From positions 1,093,721-1,157,720 of the forward strand of contig CM120648.1 in NCBI GenBank assembly GCA_051362555.1: a stretch of 64,000 nucleotides of DNA. Reading direction: 5' to 3'. The position numbers and the translations under genes are program-made. Positions 52,506 through 64,000 of the stretch are shown here, in pieces; the stretch's first letter is position 1, and each line of letters starts with the position of its first letter. This DNA comes from Lingula anatina. Lineage: Eukaryota; Animalia; Brachiopoda. Below the pieces are notes generated by a model. The model was not told where the DNA came from. It worked only from the letters and a program-made list of their open reading frames with translations, and made no database searches.

Positions 52506-54704
52506 CATTTGTCCCTTGCGTGAGGTTGTGAAATATAAAAGAAAGAATGAAATAACACATATAATGAAAGAAATATTGCTTTTCTCTGTTATTAACAGCT
52601 GTTACTATCACGCATTTTTCCTGACTGTAGGCCTACTACGTCATTCTTTCGTTTTCTAAAAATGGGCATATATATGCTTCGAAGTGAAGTACCATGGTGT
52701 ATGGGGGGGGGGGGGGGGGGGGGAAGGTACAGACCCTCATCATGGTAGGTACACTGTAGCACTTCTCCCTCCCATATACAGTACAAGAGGCGAAAGTAGA
52801 TTAAACCAAGCATAATTCCCATTTCTGTGCCTCATGAATAGGGCCTATGTTACACGATGTTACATCAAAATTGCCGTCGTAATTATTTTATATGTTCAAA
52901 ACTTTTAAGTTAAAACTTCTGCACCCCCCCCCCCCCCCTTGTGAAAACTGGATCAGCCGGGGTATTATGCAAGTTACTATATGGAATTCCTATCTCGTGA
53001 ACTCAATATCCTTAATTTCTGCCTTTTTTTACGATGACGTCGACGATTCTGTCAGTTTCGTGTTTAAATTGCTTTCCAAGAATAGTATTGACCAAAAATA
53101 AAGGAATTACTTCAAAGAACCCCCTCTTTTAAATTACAGAGACAGAAAAAAATCAATTCATAATTGAAACAAACAGGTCTTTTTCACTATTTTCAAGACA
53201 CAGTGCTGTTTTGCCTACATATGCCTATTTATCCAATTCTTCATGGATTGCCAGATTTTAAAAGGATTAATAATAATTATAATAACACTAATAATGCAAT
53301 CTGTGAATAGTATATGCTAATCAAAATCACAAAAAAAGGAACGGGATATTTCTCTCCCTTGCGTCTGTTCTTTTATCCGTGATGAAATACGGACCAAATA
53401 TAAAATTTGAATTCATTTTATTGTCATTTTGATGTCTGCACTCTCGATCTTCTCCCTAGCTAGTCTACAGTTTTTTTGTCTGTTAATTTATTCTTTACAT
53501 TTCCTAAAAACTATGTCTTTGCATTTCCTTTTGGTATTGTTGACCAGTTTTCTATATAAAATCATATGAAATATAATATATACTGCTCATTCAAAATATA
53601 AATACTTACGATGAGTCACATAATTTTATTTTTTCACTTTTATCTATGTGCTCTACCGTCCACTCATGCATTTATATCATATTGTACATGACCTTATTTA
53701 CAAAATATTAACATCTATCACAAGAATAATTTATATAGAATTACAACTTGGAAGCAAAGGCAAAAAGGACGGCCTGCGTCTCTTTTTAGCCTACGGACTA
53801 CCGACCGCTTACGATTTTCCCCCAATGTTTCACCCTTCAAAGTTGAGGCATGGGCAAAATTTAATAGCCAACATCAAAGTCATACATCCAGCCGATACAT
53901 CTGAGTGAATCAATTCGAATTTTCTTTTGTAACGTGTAACGTATTTGTGACTATGAACTAAATAAAATTCAACTTCCATGAAGCGGTGGCAAGCCGGTGT
54001 AACAGGGACTTCAACATCGTTACACCCCATGTTAAATTACCCTGTGTGAATCAGTGACCTACCTACCCCCACCCCACCCACGCACCTCCACAAAGAAGCG
54101 TGTAATTTTTAAAACACATATGATAAATGTCTTAAGCACCAATATAACATATACAATCTCGGCAGCATCTACATTTGTCGTAGAATTAAAGCGATGCCAT
54201 CTCAAACATGAATGTGACTTATGTTATGAATCATGGGGCATGGATGACTGACCACAGTGTTGTGACTCGATCGTCCAACTGACCTCTGATACTGGACAGG
54301 TGACACTGACCACAACTACTGGACAGAGGACATTGTGAAATATACAGTGGACATGAAGTATTGGCCGGTTTTTTAAGTTGAAGGCAAGATGTAAACTCTG
54401 CCCAGTTCGTTATGAAAAATTAAAAAAAGAAAACGTTATACCAAAATATATACAGTCTGTCTTATATCAAATAAAAAAGCGACTTGGTTAATACTAATCA
54501 TTTTCAGATAGCTACCAGCCTAAAGATATGACAGGTAGACTACCTTAGAAAAAGAATGCATGAGCAATGTGCAGGAGACTAAAATGTAGATTTTTTTAAC
54601 GGCAATACACAACATGCGCTAGCGCAATGATATCGTATGCCCTCCTCTCGATTAAAAAGGCTCCCTTCTCTCTTAGCTGTCATGTAAAGATGGGACAGCA
54701 TTTT

Positions 54705-54758
54705 TTACGTCACACTGGTTTTTGACGTCACGCTGGTCTCTGACGTCACACTGGTCTC
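54705..54758. repeat. 18-bp tandem repeat x3 with CRE-like palindromes
   Basis: T(T/G)ACGTCAC(A/G)CTGGT(T/C)T(T/C); perfect TGACGTCA at 54723 and 54741. Confidence 0.85.
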
Positions 54759-54762
54759 CCCC

Positions 54763-55304
54763 TTACATCTGTTCTTTACCCTCGATGAAATACAGACCAA
54801 AGTAATTCATATGCTTATTAGGGGTCAAGAACTGGCCACCTGTAACAGTGACCACCACCCCACACCCTCTGACCATTTCGACCACGCCGCCAAGGTAACT
54901 GCAGTGTTCATGACTGGTCTGCAGGTTGATGTGCTTCCAGTTTTGGAACAAGATATGACGGTTGTCCGATAAGGGAATTGCACAGTTTCTCTGTAGAAAG
55001 TGTTCGAACGTGGCGTGGCCTTGCCGATTTGTGTGCACGTTGAAACAGAGTTGACTGTAGACGTAGTAGTAACCGGGACGAGGAACCTTTAGGTAGCCAT
55101 CTTCCAGCGTCACGCCGCCCTTATTAATGTGGCTTTGTGAGCTGCTTGGGTCATCTTCCCAGTGTAATTCGCCTGCAATTGGAGTAGATACTTTTAAGTG
55201 ATAAAGTTTCATGAAAGATGTCTTTACTCAATATCGGTGTAACTTCAGTTTTTCAGGTAAAACCTAGTTTTTGTTATCTTTCCATTTCTACGGTAGGGAC
55301 TGGG

Positions 55305-55339
<35 letters not shown>

Positions 55340-56437
55340 AGAAGAAGAAGAAGGAACAGAAACTTACAATCAGAACCTCGTGTCCCCGGAGACGTTTTAC
55401 TGCACGTGCCGATGACGTGAGCCACAGGTGTTGGACGCTTCGTGGTCGTTGTCCTGGGCAGCGGAGTGACCAGTGGGATATTGAAAGGTCTGGAACTGTT
55501 TATATGGCCTAGCGCGTCAAGGCGTTCTGAAATAAAGTGACACTTTTATCAAAACTTAAATGCATTAATTTGAATTTGTATTTTGAAAATTTGAATGTCA
55601 TACAGGTTCAACACTAATTCTTTAAAGTTTTAATGACGTCTAACGCGTGTGAAACGCGGCTTTGAATGGTAAGAAATTGAAAGGTTTTTACACATAAATA
55701 CATTTTAATAATAATTATTATTATTTTCATTTTATTTATTATTCTGTTCATACAATAATAAATAAAATAATAATTATTATTATTGTTTTTATCATTATGG
55801 AAATTGATGCAGTACCGAGAGATGACCCTACCAGTCAATTCGAACTTTCAAAAATTAAAATTCTAGATTATAACTAAACCATTGCCGACCTTAGAACAAA
55901 ATGTAAGAGGAGAATGGACACGAGAACCCACAAAAACTGAATGAAATTCCGCACCCTTCGGTGTCTGAGCTACGAGGTCGAATTTTCCCATTACTTTACA
56001 TGATAAAGTGCTATATGAAAGCCGGGGCTATTTAGTTCAGGAGACAAAACGGAAGCGGTAGTAACGTGGCCCGGTGTCTTTTGACATTAAAAACAGATTA
56101 GGTTCAGTGTGTGCCGGATCTTACCTTGGATTGTAGTGATTTTTTCTTCCATGTCGTTCTGTTTGTGATGAAAGTCACGACCGAACTCTGACATGACCAC
56201 CTGAATAAGAAAACCGCAGTTTCATAATGTGTAAATCTGTGAACCGCAGATATGAATTATGATGGTAATTAACGATCCCCTTTCCCGCTCACTCAATCAA
56301 CTCTCCATTTATTATTATTATTCCACTACATTCGTTTTTCCTTTCTTCATTCTTTTTTCTCCGTTTCCATGTTTTCTTCTTACTTCTTTGGGGATACTTT
56401 TTTCCTTTTTATGTCGATTGTCGATGCCTAGTAATGG

Positions 56438-56483
<46 letters not shown>

Positions 56484-57348
56484 GCCTGTAGCCAGTAATT
56501 TCAAAAGGGGGGTTCTTTTTCTGAAAAAGTGGACCTTTTTCCATAAAAACTTCATGAACCTAGATCAAATTTAACCCAGAGTGCACCTTTTCCCAGCAAA
56601 AGGGGTGGTTCTTTCGAACCCCCCTGGCTACGGGCCTGATATATAAAGTAGGTTAATTTTAGCATACACTGAATACATTGTGTATTAGAGTCACTGTGGG
56701 AATGTGGGATCTAGAGGTGATGCATTTAAGAAATTTATCATTTATTTTTTTTTACTCTTACTCATTTATTTCTCATTATAATTCAACTTTTTTAATTGAG
56801 GGGAGAATTTAATTGGAGAACGTCATTCAAGGCCTATTATATGACTTCGGAGAATCTTAAATATCATTTCTTCTTCTTGGCATGCTTCACTCCCCTCCAC
56901 GACAGTACATCTGTATTCAGTAGGTATTCAACAGCTTTCTACTTGAAATAAAAATCCTTTACTTCCTGAATTGCCTTGGTTGGTTTCTATTTAATGAGAC
57001 TATTATGTGGGCGTCCATTCTTACTTAGTAAGCTTTAGCTTTCAAACACTAAACAGCAGCTACCTGTACATGCAGGTTGGGAAATTCCGATAAGATATTT
57101 AACTATTTATATATATCTATATCTGTAATGTTTTCTTGGTACTAAAAATACGCCATGAGTACACGGGACAGTCGGATAAGATGATAGCTACCTGTTGGCG
57201 GACAAAAAAAAAACAACTTAATTTAAAAGTTGGATTAAAAAATTGCGCGCATCTGAAAAATGACTGTGAAGTTGTATTTTAATTTCACTCATAAAATTGG
57301 TAAAGACGAGAAGTTATTTTCTTTCCATCTTTCTTTCCTGTTCTTATC

Positions 57349-57412
<64 letters not shown>

Positions 57413-58725
57413 TATATGCCCGACCCCCCACTCTCTTTCTCGTGATTAATGATATATATGTCCAAGTATATGCAATAACTTAAAAAAGACCCATAAATCG
57501 CGTTTAGCATGACATGTAGCCATCTTCACCTGTATTAACATAACAAACAGAAGGATTACTTTAGTATTACTTAACATTTTATTCTACATCAGCAGGTAAG
57601 TAGCCAGGGGGGAGGGGGGTTCGGGGAGGGGGGGTTCGAAAGTACCACACTTTTTGCTGGGAAAAGGTCCACTCTGGGTAAAATTTGATCTACGTACTTG
57701 AGGATTTTATCGTAAAAGGTACACTTTTTCAGAAAACGACCCCCCCCCCTCTGAAATTGCTGGCTACGGGCCTGATCAGGTACACCTATTGTGTGTTGTC
57801 CACCAATTTGCACTTATCTTAGCTGAAATCACATCCTCAACAAACTATCAGTCGTTATATATATTAACTAAGACAATAAGTAGAATGAATGAATCATACA
57901 CCAGGTTAATGCTCAACAGCAATTATTATACGTTAATAAAAAAAAAAAACTCACCGACTTCATCAATTCCGTGATTTCAGATGCGTTGCTGGTGCAGATA
58001 CTCCCCTCAAGGTTCAGGACCAGCGGTTTGGCTAGATCCGTGCGAACTTTGCATACATTTCGATCCGTATAAGTTTTTAATAGCGAGATATCAGCTTTGG
58101 TCTCCCGGGCAAGTTTTTGGCAAGGCACGCACACCGTTGGTGGACTGTTATTTTGTTTCAGTCTTTGTATGCTGCTCATATTGTCCATTCGTTCACTGGT
58201 GTAGTTCAAGTAAAACCACAAGCAGAAAGCGCTGGTCGCAAGTAAGAGAAAGGTGTATATACACACAAAAATCAAAACAAATGTTCGGCGGCATATGCAT
58301 ATGTGTTCGTATCTAAGTTTTTCGAGGTGACTCAAGTTATACTCTCCAGGATCGGAGAGTAGAGACCGGCCGCTAGTAACAGTGAACTGTGAATCGTTTC
58401 GCGGTATAAACAAGGGGGGACCCGCCCCTTGGGGTAGTTCGCCCACGCCCCGGGGCCCACCCCCTCCAAGCCCCGCCCCCGGGGGGTAAATGACGTCGTA
58501 AGCCCCGTCAGTGACGCTGGACTCGCTGTCGGTGGAGGCTCCCCTAGGAGCGGCGCTGCCGGCACGGACGCTGTGTTCAGGGGTTGGTGGCAATGGACGG
58601 AAAACCATGCATGCTTGGGGTATCATCCCCACGGAGGATCCAGAGGCTTCGGCGTCGATAATCAGCGGCATGGGTGGGGCACGGCAGTGCGTCCAGGGGC
58701 CCGGGGGGAGCTGTCTGTGTGACAT
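54763..58725 (-). CDS. TNF superfamily ligand 2 (type II membrane protein with long Pro-rich cytoplasmic tail, 471 aa, 4 exons)
   Basis: Exons 57955-58725 (Pro-rich tail, TM FVLIFVCIYTFLLLATSAFCLWFYL, CVPC stalk), 56125-56200, 55368-55526 (PVAHVIG) and 54763-55172 (LHWED..GGV.LEDGYLKVPRPGYYYVYSQL..SYLGGV..NYFGLYFI). Phases 0, 1, 1, the same as ligand 1. Confidence 0.9.
56481..56638. mobile_element. MITE family A copy (opposite orientation, flanks ATATA)
   Basis: CAGGCCTGTAGCCAG...CTGGCTACGGGCCTG next to an (AT)n tract in intron 1 of TNF ligand 2. Confidence 0.85.
57593..57774. mobile_element. MITE family A copy (5-bp TSD ATCAG)
   Basis: Left TIR is diverged (CAGGTAAGTAGCCAG), right TIR is CTGGCTACGGGCCTG, and ATCAG flanks both sides. 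Confidence 0.85.
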
Positions 58726-61479
58726 GTCTGCTGACGAATTATTATAGTTTTCTTTCTTTTTTTTTTCAACTGTCCGCTGAATTTGTCTGCAGGTATAATA
58801 TTTGGCTTCGGCACGATTTGGTCTGATTAACCAGGCTAAAACCTGTGTTTTATTGGACAGACGCGCTTTTAAAGCACCTCACTATACTGTCCAGACGATC
58901 CTATGGTAAGTAACAGATCGGACCCATTATGCAGTGCCTGTTAACGTTCGTTACAAACACCTCGGCCAGGTGAAACAACTCCAATATATCCCTTATCCCT
59001 TAATTATCCCTAATCTGGTAAGGGTCCTGGACGTTGCGGTCAGATATTAGTCACCAAGTTTCTGGAGTTTCCGGCCACTTATCTGAGTTCAGTTGTATTT
59101 ACAAGTGGCACACACTAAACGACAGTTTCCCCGGGCTAATATCCACTCCAAGCTCCGCATTCAGAACCTATGCCAGCATCGGTACGTGCCATGCGTGGAT
59201 GTTTTTCTTTCACATTCAAGCAACTTTGTCGCGCTTGGTCTGTCCAAACAAAAGCGTTCGTCGTATTCACTTCCTTCTGAGAAGAGGCTGGGATTTCCAA
59301 ACTATACGTAGGGTGTCAACTGGGGGGGTCGGGGCCTCTGGGCCGTGAAACGCGACCTGGTTGCAATTTGTTATTTTCCTGATTTTACCTCAGGTATGCG
59401 TGTGGTTTAGTTTGGTCCTCCTTTTGCACCTCCTATGCTGTCTAGGCCCAGATGTTAATTCATCACAATATCCTAGTACATGAAGATACTTCAGCGGTTT
59501 CTTTGTTGAAGAAGCACGTGGTTCAGAATCAACATCAAACTGTTTCTTGCGGTTCTCGCTCCAATAAAGTTCCTTCTCACCTCGGTGAAAATCAGTACTT
59601 CAAGTCCAAGATTTTACAATATTAACTTTTTATCGCTTACGATTATCATAAATTCATGTAAAAGCTATGGTAAACACACTGCAGGGCAATTTTAGCCAGA
59701 TTAGCCCTTAGAAACCACTCTAATAATATCTTAGGAGGCGTTTTTGGAACTACGACAAAGAGTGAGTTTCAAAACATAAGTTTTCAGTTGAAACAAAAGG
59801 CGCGTGTTTTATATTAGTTGTCCCCCAGGCTTGAGTAAGCAGGAGTCTTATTCATCCGATGCGGTTCGTTAATCTACACTGTCACTTGGATCCATTATAA
59901 ACTACATGTACACATTAGTAGTATTAATGGGTGCAAGACTATTATTATTTTTACCATGGCATCTCGAGTGCACGGGGATGATTCATGCACTTTTTCCTAT
60001 TTTTTCTCCTTTTTTAACAGATGCCCAACAGATGTTTCAGTAACGTCAAAACCTACTTTTCATCCTACTTTTGGGCTTGGGTTTATGACGCTTGATATTT
60101 GGGTTTACCGTACAATATTGTTCTGGGAAGAAGAGAGGTCTGGTTTGTGATCTCTCATCGAAAAAAAAAGAAATACTTTTCTGCATGACTCAGCGTTCAA
60201 GCTACACAAGGTCAACAGGTAAAGAGAAGGGAAACCCTCTAAATGCTGAAAATCTCTTTTTTCCCCCTTTCAGCACGCATGGCCTGAAAGCTTTGTGTAT
60301 AACGGAGAATTTTCAGAACACAATACCACACTAACGTACGATACATTTTTATACCGTATCATGCTTTAACTACTACTACTACTACTGATGATGATGATGA
60401 TGATGATGGTGATGATAATGAAAACTCGAATTTTTCTTCTTCTTCTTCTTATTATTATTTAGGTGTTACCCTAATCAATTATTTAGGTGTTATCTAATAA
60501 CTTTGATTTAACAGAGATAATACTGTAGTAATGGAAAATACTAAAAGCATCGGGCACGTGTTTTGAAAAATTAATTATTACTTAGTTTTGTTAATTATTA
60601 AAAAGAAAGACTCAGAGGTATATAATTAACTGTCAATTATTAATTATATTTTGTTAATTATTAAAAATAAAATCTCAGAAGTATATTATTAACTGTCAAT
60701 TATTAATGTGAATAAATAATGACTTAAAAATCGAATCAAAATATAATTTTTTCGAATTTCATTTTTTTAAATTAATTGAAAGGGAGAGAGGCGATGAACA
60801 ACACCTCATTTCCACGAAATATTTATCAGCGAGAATCCATCCACGGAGTGTTTTGGTACGTCGAGCGCGGGTTTCCCTCGCAGGCCCCGTCTGTTAGCTA
60901 CTCTGTTTGCCGTGTCCCGCAAAATGCGGTTTGTTTATATTTGACAGCTTGAACTGGGTCGCCGCTTTGTATGTAAATACAGAGCTCTATATATAACACG
61001 GCTACATGATAACCTATATGTACTGGTACGTAAAGTCTTGAAAACATAACCTGGTCTATCAGGTGTTTATATAGGCTTCATGTGAAATGAGACTAAATGG
61101 GACGTGTCACGGGAAAATATTTGAATGTGTCGTATGCCTGTCTCCTTAATGCCAATGTTAATGGGGTTTGTTCTGAATAGTAAGGTTACACGTACAGATA
61201 CAACAGTGTATTACCTGAATAGAAAAACCAATGAGCTCCATGCCCCTACATATATAGTAGCTATTTAGCTACTTGGAGAACCCAACACTAAAGAAAGGTG
61301 ACATTGAACAGTAGCGCCCTCTTTTGGTTTATATTTTACCAAAGCGTCCAAAATATGTTTTCACCCATAAATGTTAATTTATACCTCTTCTATAAGAACA
61401 ACTGTAGACAGAGGAGTTAAACAAAAGTTAAAGACTGACCCTCCGTCTATATGCCCTACTCCTTGACCCCCTTTTTAGT

Positions 61480-63378
61480 CCGGTGGCTTAAGGAAAAAAT
61501 CGTGACACGGCGGATAAAAGCACCAAATTTGGCATGTAGTTACCTTTTGACATTATAAATCAAAATAGAGCCGTAGCCCTCTCAAACAGTTTACCGTTTG
61601 GTCAAAAAATCCAAAATGGCCGCCAATTTATGGAATTCTATAGAAATATGTACATACCTATGTTGATTTTTATCAAATAAATTATTTCCTCAGAGTTTTC
61701 CACACCCTTATTACCCATTTTATTCATATATGTCAGATAGCAAACAAGTTCCCTTGGACTTTTTGAAAAAATCCAAGATGGCTGTCATATGCCATACAAA
61801 CAGCCATAGGAATACTAGCGCACAACTCATACCAGCTAGAAAGATACGTTGTCCACTATCAAATTAAGTCTGTTTCTCAGATTTTTGTTACCCACATATC
61901 AATGTTTGTGGTGAGTAACTACGAAGTGTTCTTGGGCATTTTGGAAAATCCAAGATGGCTGCCATGTGCCACAAAAATTCTAGTATACGGGGGATTCAAC
62001 TAATGGCAACTGAAAAGAATAATTTTCCACTATCAAATTAAGTTTGTTTCTGAGTGTTTTCCACATCCTTTCCACCCACACAATATGTATGTGGCGAGTA
62101 ACTAACATGTATTCTTGGGCATTTTGAGAAAATCCAAGATGGCCACCATATGTCATAGGAATACTTCTAGTATTACAAAGGGTTGGAACTAATGCCAGTT
62201 AGGAAAAACATAATTCATTATCAAGTTCAGTTTATTTTTTCAGTGTTTTACACATTATTATTACACTGTGATACATATCTAGCAGGTAATAAATGTGCAT
62301 ATTTGATCATTCTGAGAAAATCCAAGATGGCTGTCATTGGCCATAGGAATACTACTGGAATTACAACTGCACATCCATGGCTTTTCATCTAATACCAGGG
62401 TGAAATTGTGTTTGCTTATCAAGTTTTGCCCATCCTTATTAGTCCTATGATATATATCTGGTGGGTAAATAGTGTGCATCCTTGGATATTTTGAGAAAAT
62501 CCAAGATAGCTTCAATTTGACATAGGAATACTAATGGGTGGGTTTCAATTGCTGCTAGAGAGGCATATGGTTCACTATACAATTACATTCCCATGGGTTC
62601 GTTTTAAAAATAATATTTTTTTATTCCATTTATTATTACCCCTATGATGTATACCTGGTCTGTAGCATGTGTGTATCTTTGGGTATTCTGAAAAAAAATA
62701 AAGATGTCTGCCTTTTGTCATTAGAATATTTGTACACATAATCAAATAATGCCAGAGACACACTGAGTACAATTTAAATGTAGTTAACTTTAGATCTTTT
62801 TTGAATGTTTTTTCATATCCTATTTATCCTTATGAAAGACTCTGTGTGTGTAGAAAGTGTATGTATCCTTGAGTACTATTCGGAGAAAACCCAAGATAGC
62901 TGCCAGTTGTCATGTAATATCATTCAAATGCACATAGGTGTCAATTAATGGAACAGTTCAGACATTGATTCCAACATGAAATAAAGCAATTTAAACATGT
63001 TGACATCCTTATTAACCTTACTCTATATAAATCTGGTGTGTAGCAAGCGTGCATCTTGCGTTTTTGAGAAAATTCAAGATTACTGCAATTCACAATAGGA
63101 TTAGTAGGCCTACAGTCAACTACTTTGGGTTCAATATAAAATGAATTTTGTTTCTCGGTATTTCCCACATTCTTTTTGGACTTTGAGATATCTATCTGGT
63201 GGGTAACAAGTGTGTACCCTTAAGTATTTTGACAAAATATCATGATTACCCTCATTTGCCTTAGAAGTGCCTGTAAAATCCAATGCACCAGTTTTCCTAC
63301 GGGGAAAAGAAGGCCTTCTTGGATTTCCCCAAAATGATCAAATATGGACATTAATTACCTAACAAATACGTATCATGG

Positions 63379-63435
<57 letters not shown>

Positions 63436-64000
63436 CAGAATAACAACTGAATTCAGCTTCATTTTATATGGAAGCCTATCTCTCGCAGGTATTAACTGAA
63501 CCCCACCTTCTATGGCTAGTGGCAGCCATTTTGTTTTGTTTTGTTTTGTTTTCAAAAAGGATACACATAACATTCTGATCACATATATTATGTGGATTAA
63601 AAAGACGGGGAAAATACTCAGAAACAAACCTAATTTATCAATTGATATTATATCTCCATGGCAGAAGAAGCCCTATGTGTACTAGTATACTAGTATTCCT
63701 TTGATATGGCGGCCATCTTGGATTTTTCTCGAAATGCCTGAGAATAAACGTTAGTTACTTACCACAAATATATTATTTGTGTAATAAGGCACTCAGAAAC
63801 AAAATTAATTAGATAGTGGGCAATGTATCTTCCTATAGTTGGCATTAGTTGAAAACCCTTGTACATGTTCTAGTATTCCTATGCCATACGGCGGCCATCT
63901 TGGATTTTTCAAAAAGACCAAGGGCACTCGTTTGTTATCTGACATATATGCATAATATGGGTAATAAGGATGTGGAAAACATTGAGAAAATACTTTATTT
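61480..64000. mobile_element. Large foldback-like non-autonomous DNA transposon with modular long inverted arms (extends past the window end)
   Basis: Repeated ~170-190-bp modules containing AAAATCCAAGATGGC in direct orientation from about 61600 to 63250, then inverted (GCCATCTTGGATTTT at about 63712 and 63893). 63830-64000 is the reverse complement of about 61675-61880. No transposase ORF. Confidence 0.75.
63381..63433. repeat. (AAT)n microsatellite
   Basis: Directly visible. Confidence 0.95.

Noticed and set aside
17430-54758. CRISPR-like interpretation of the short tandem repeats
   Set aside because: Eukaryotic context, contiguous units without unique spacers and no cas genes.
659-63627. 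Remaining 60-130 aa ORFs in the six-frame track
   Set aside because: Antisense shadows of real exons, microsatellite translations or random intronic ORFs with no recognisable motifs.

Overview
AT-rich, intron-rich eukaryotic (metazoan, invertebrate-type) genomic DNA; the species cannot be determined from the sequence. I can reconstruct five spliced protein-coding genes by hand, all on the minus strand. (1) A TRIM-NHL E3 ligase (RING, B-box, coiled coil, filamin, NHL) with about 27 kb of 5' introns. (2) A short TTC17-like TPR protein with a C-terminal TM. (3) A 15-coding-exon type I TNF-receptor-like gene (38356-45613) whose exons splice in one continuous frame into signal peptide, cysteine-rich domains, TM, death domain, duplicated Tyr-motif exons and a catalytically intact OTU deubiquitinase domain (733 aa). 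(4, 5) Two tandem type II TNF-superfamily ligand genes directly upstream of the receptor. The best candidate for a novel system is this ligand-ligand-receptor cluster: the death receptor apparently carries its own deubiquitinase, and the receptor and ligand-1 upstream regions share a duplicated sequence block. The rest is introns, microsatellites and several non-autonomous DNA transposon (MITE/foldback) families. All gene models come from splice-site and phase reading and are not transcript-verified.
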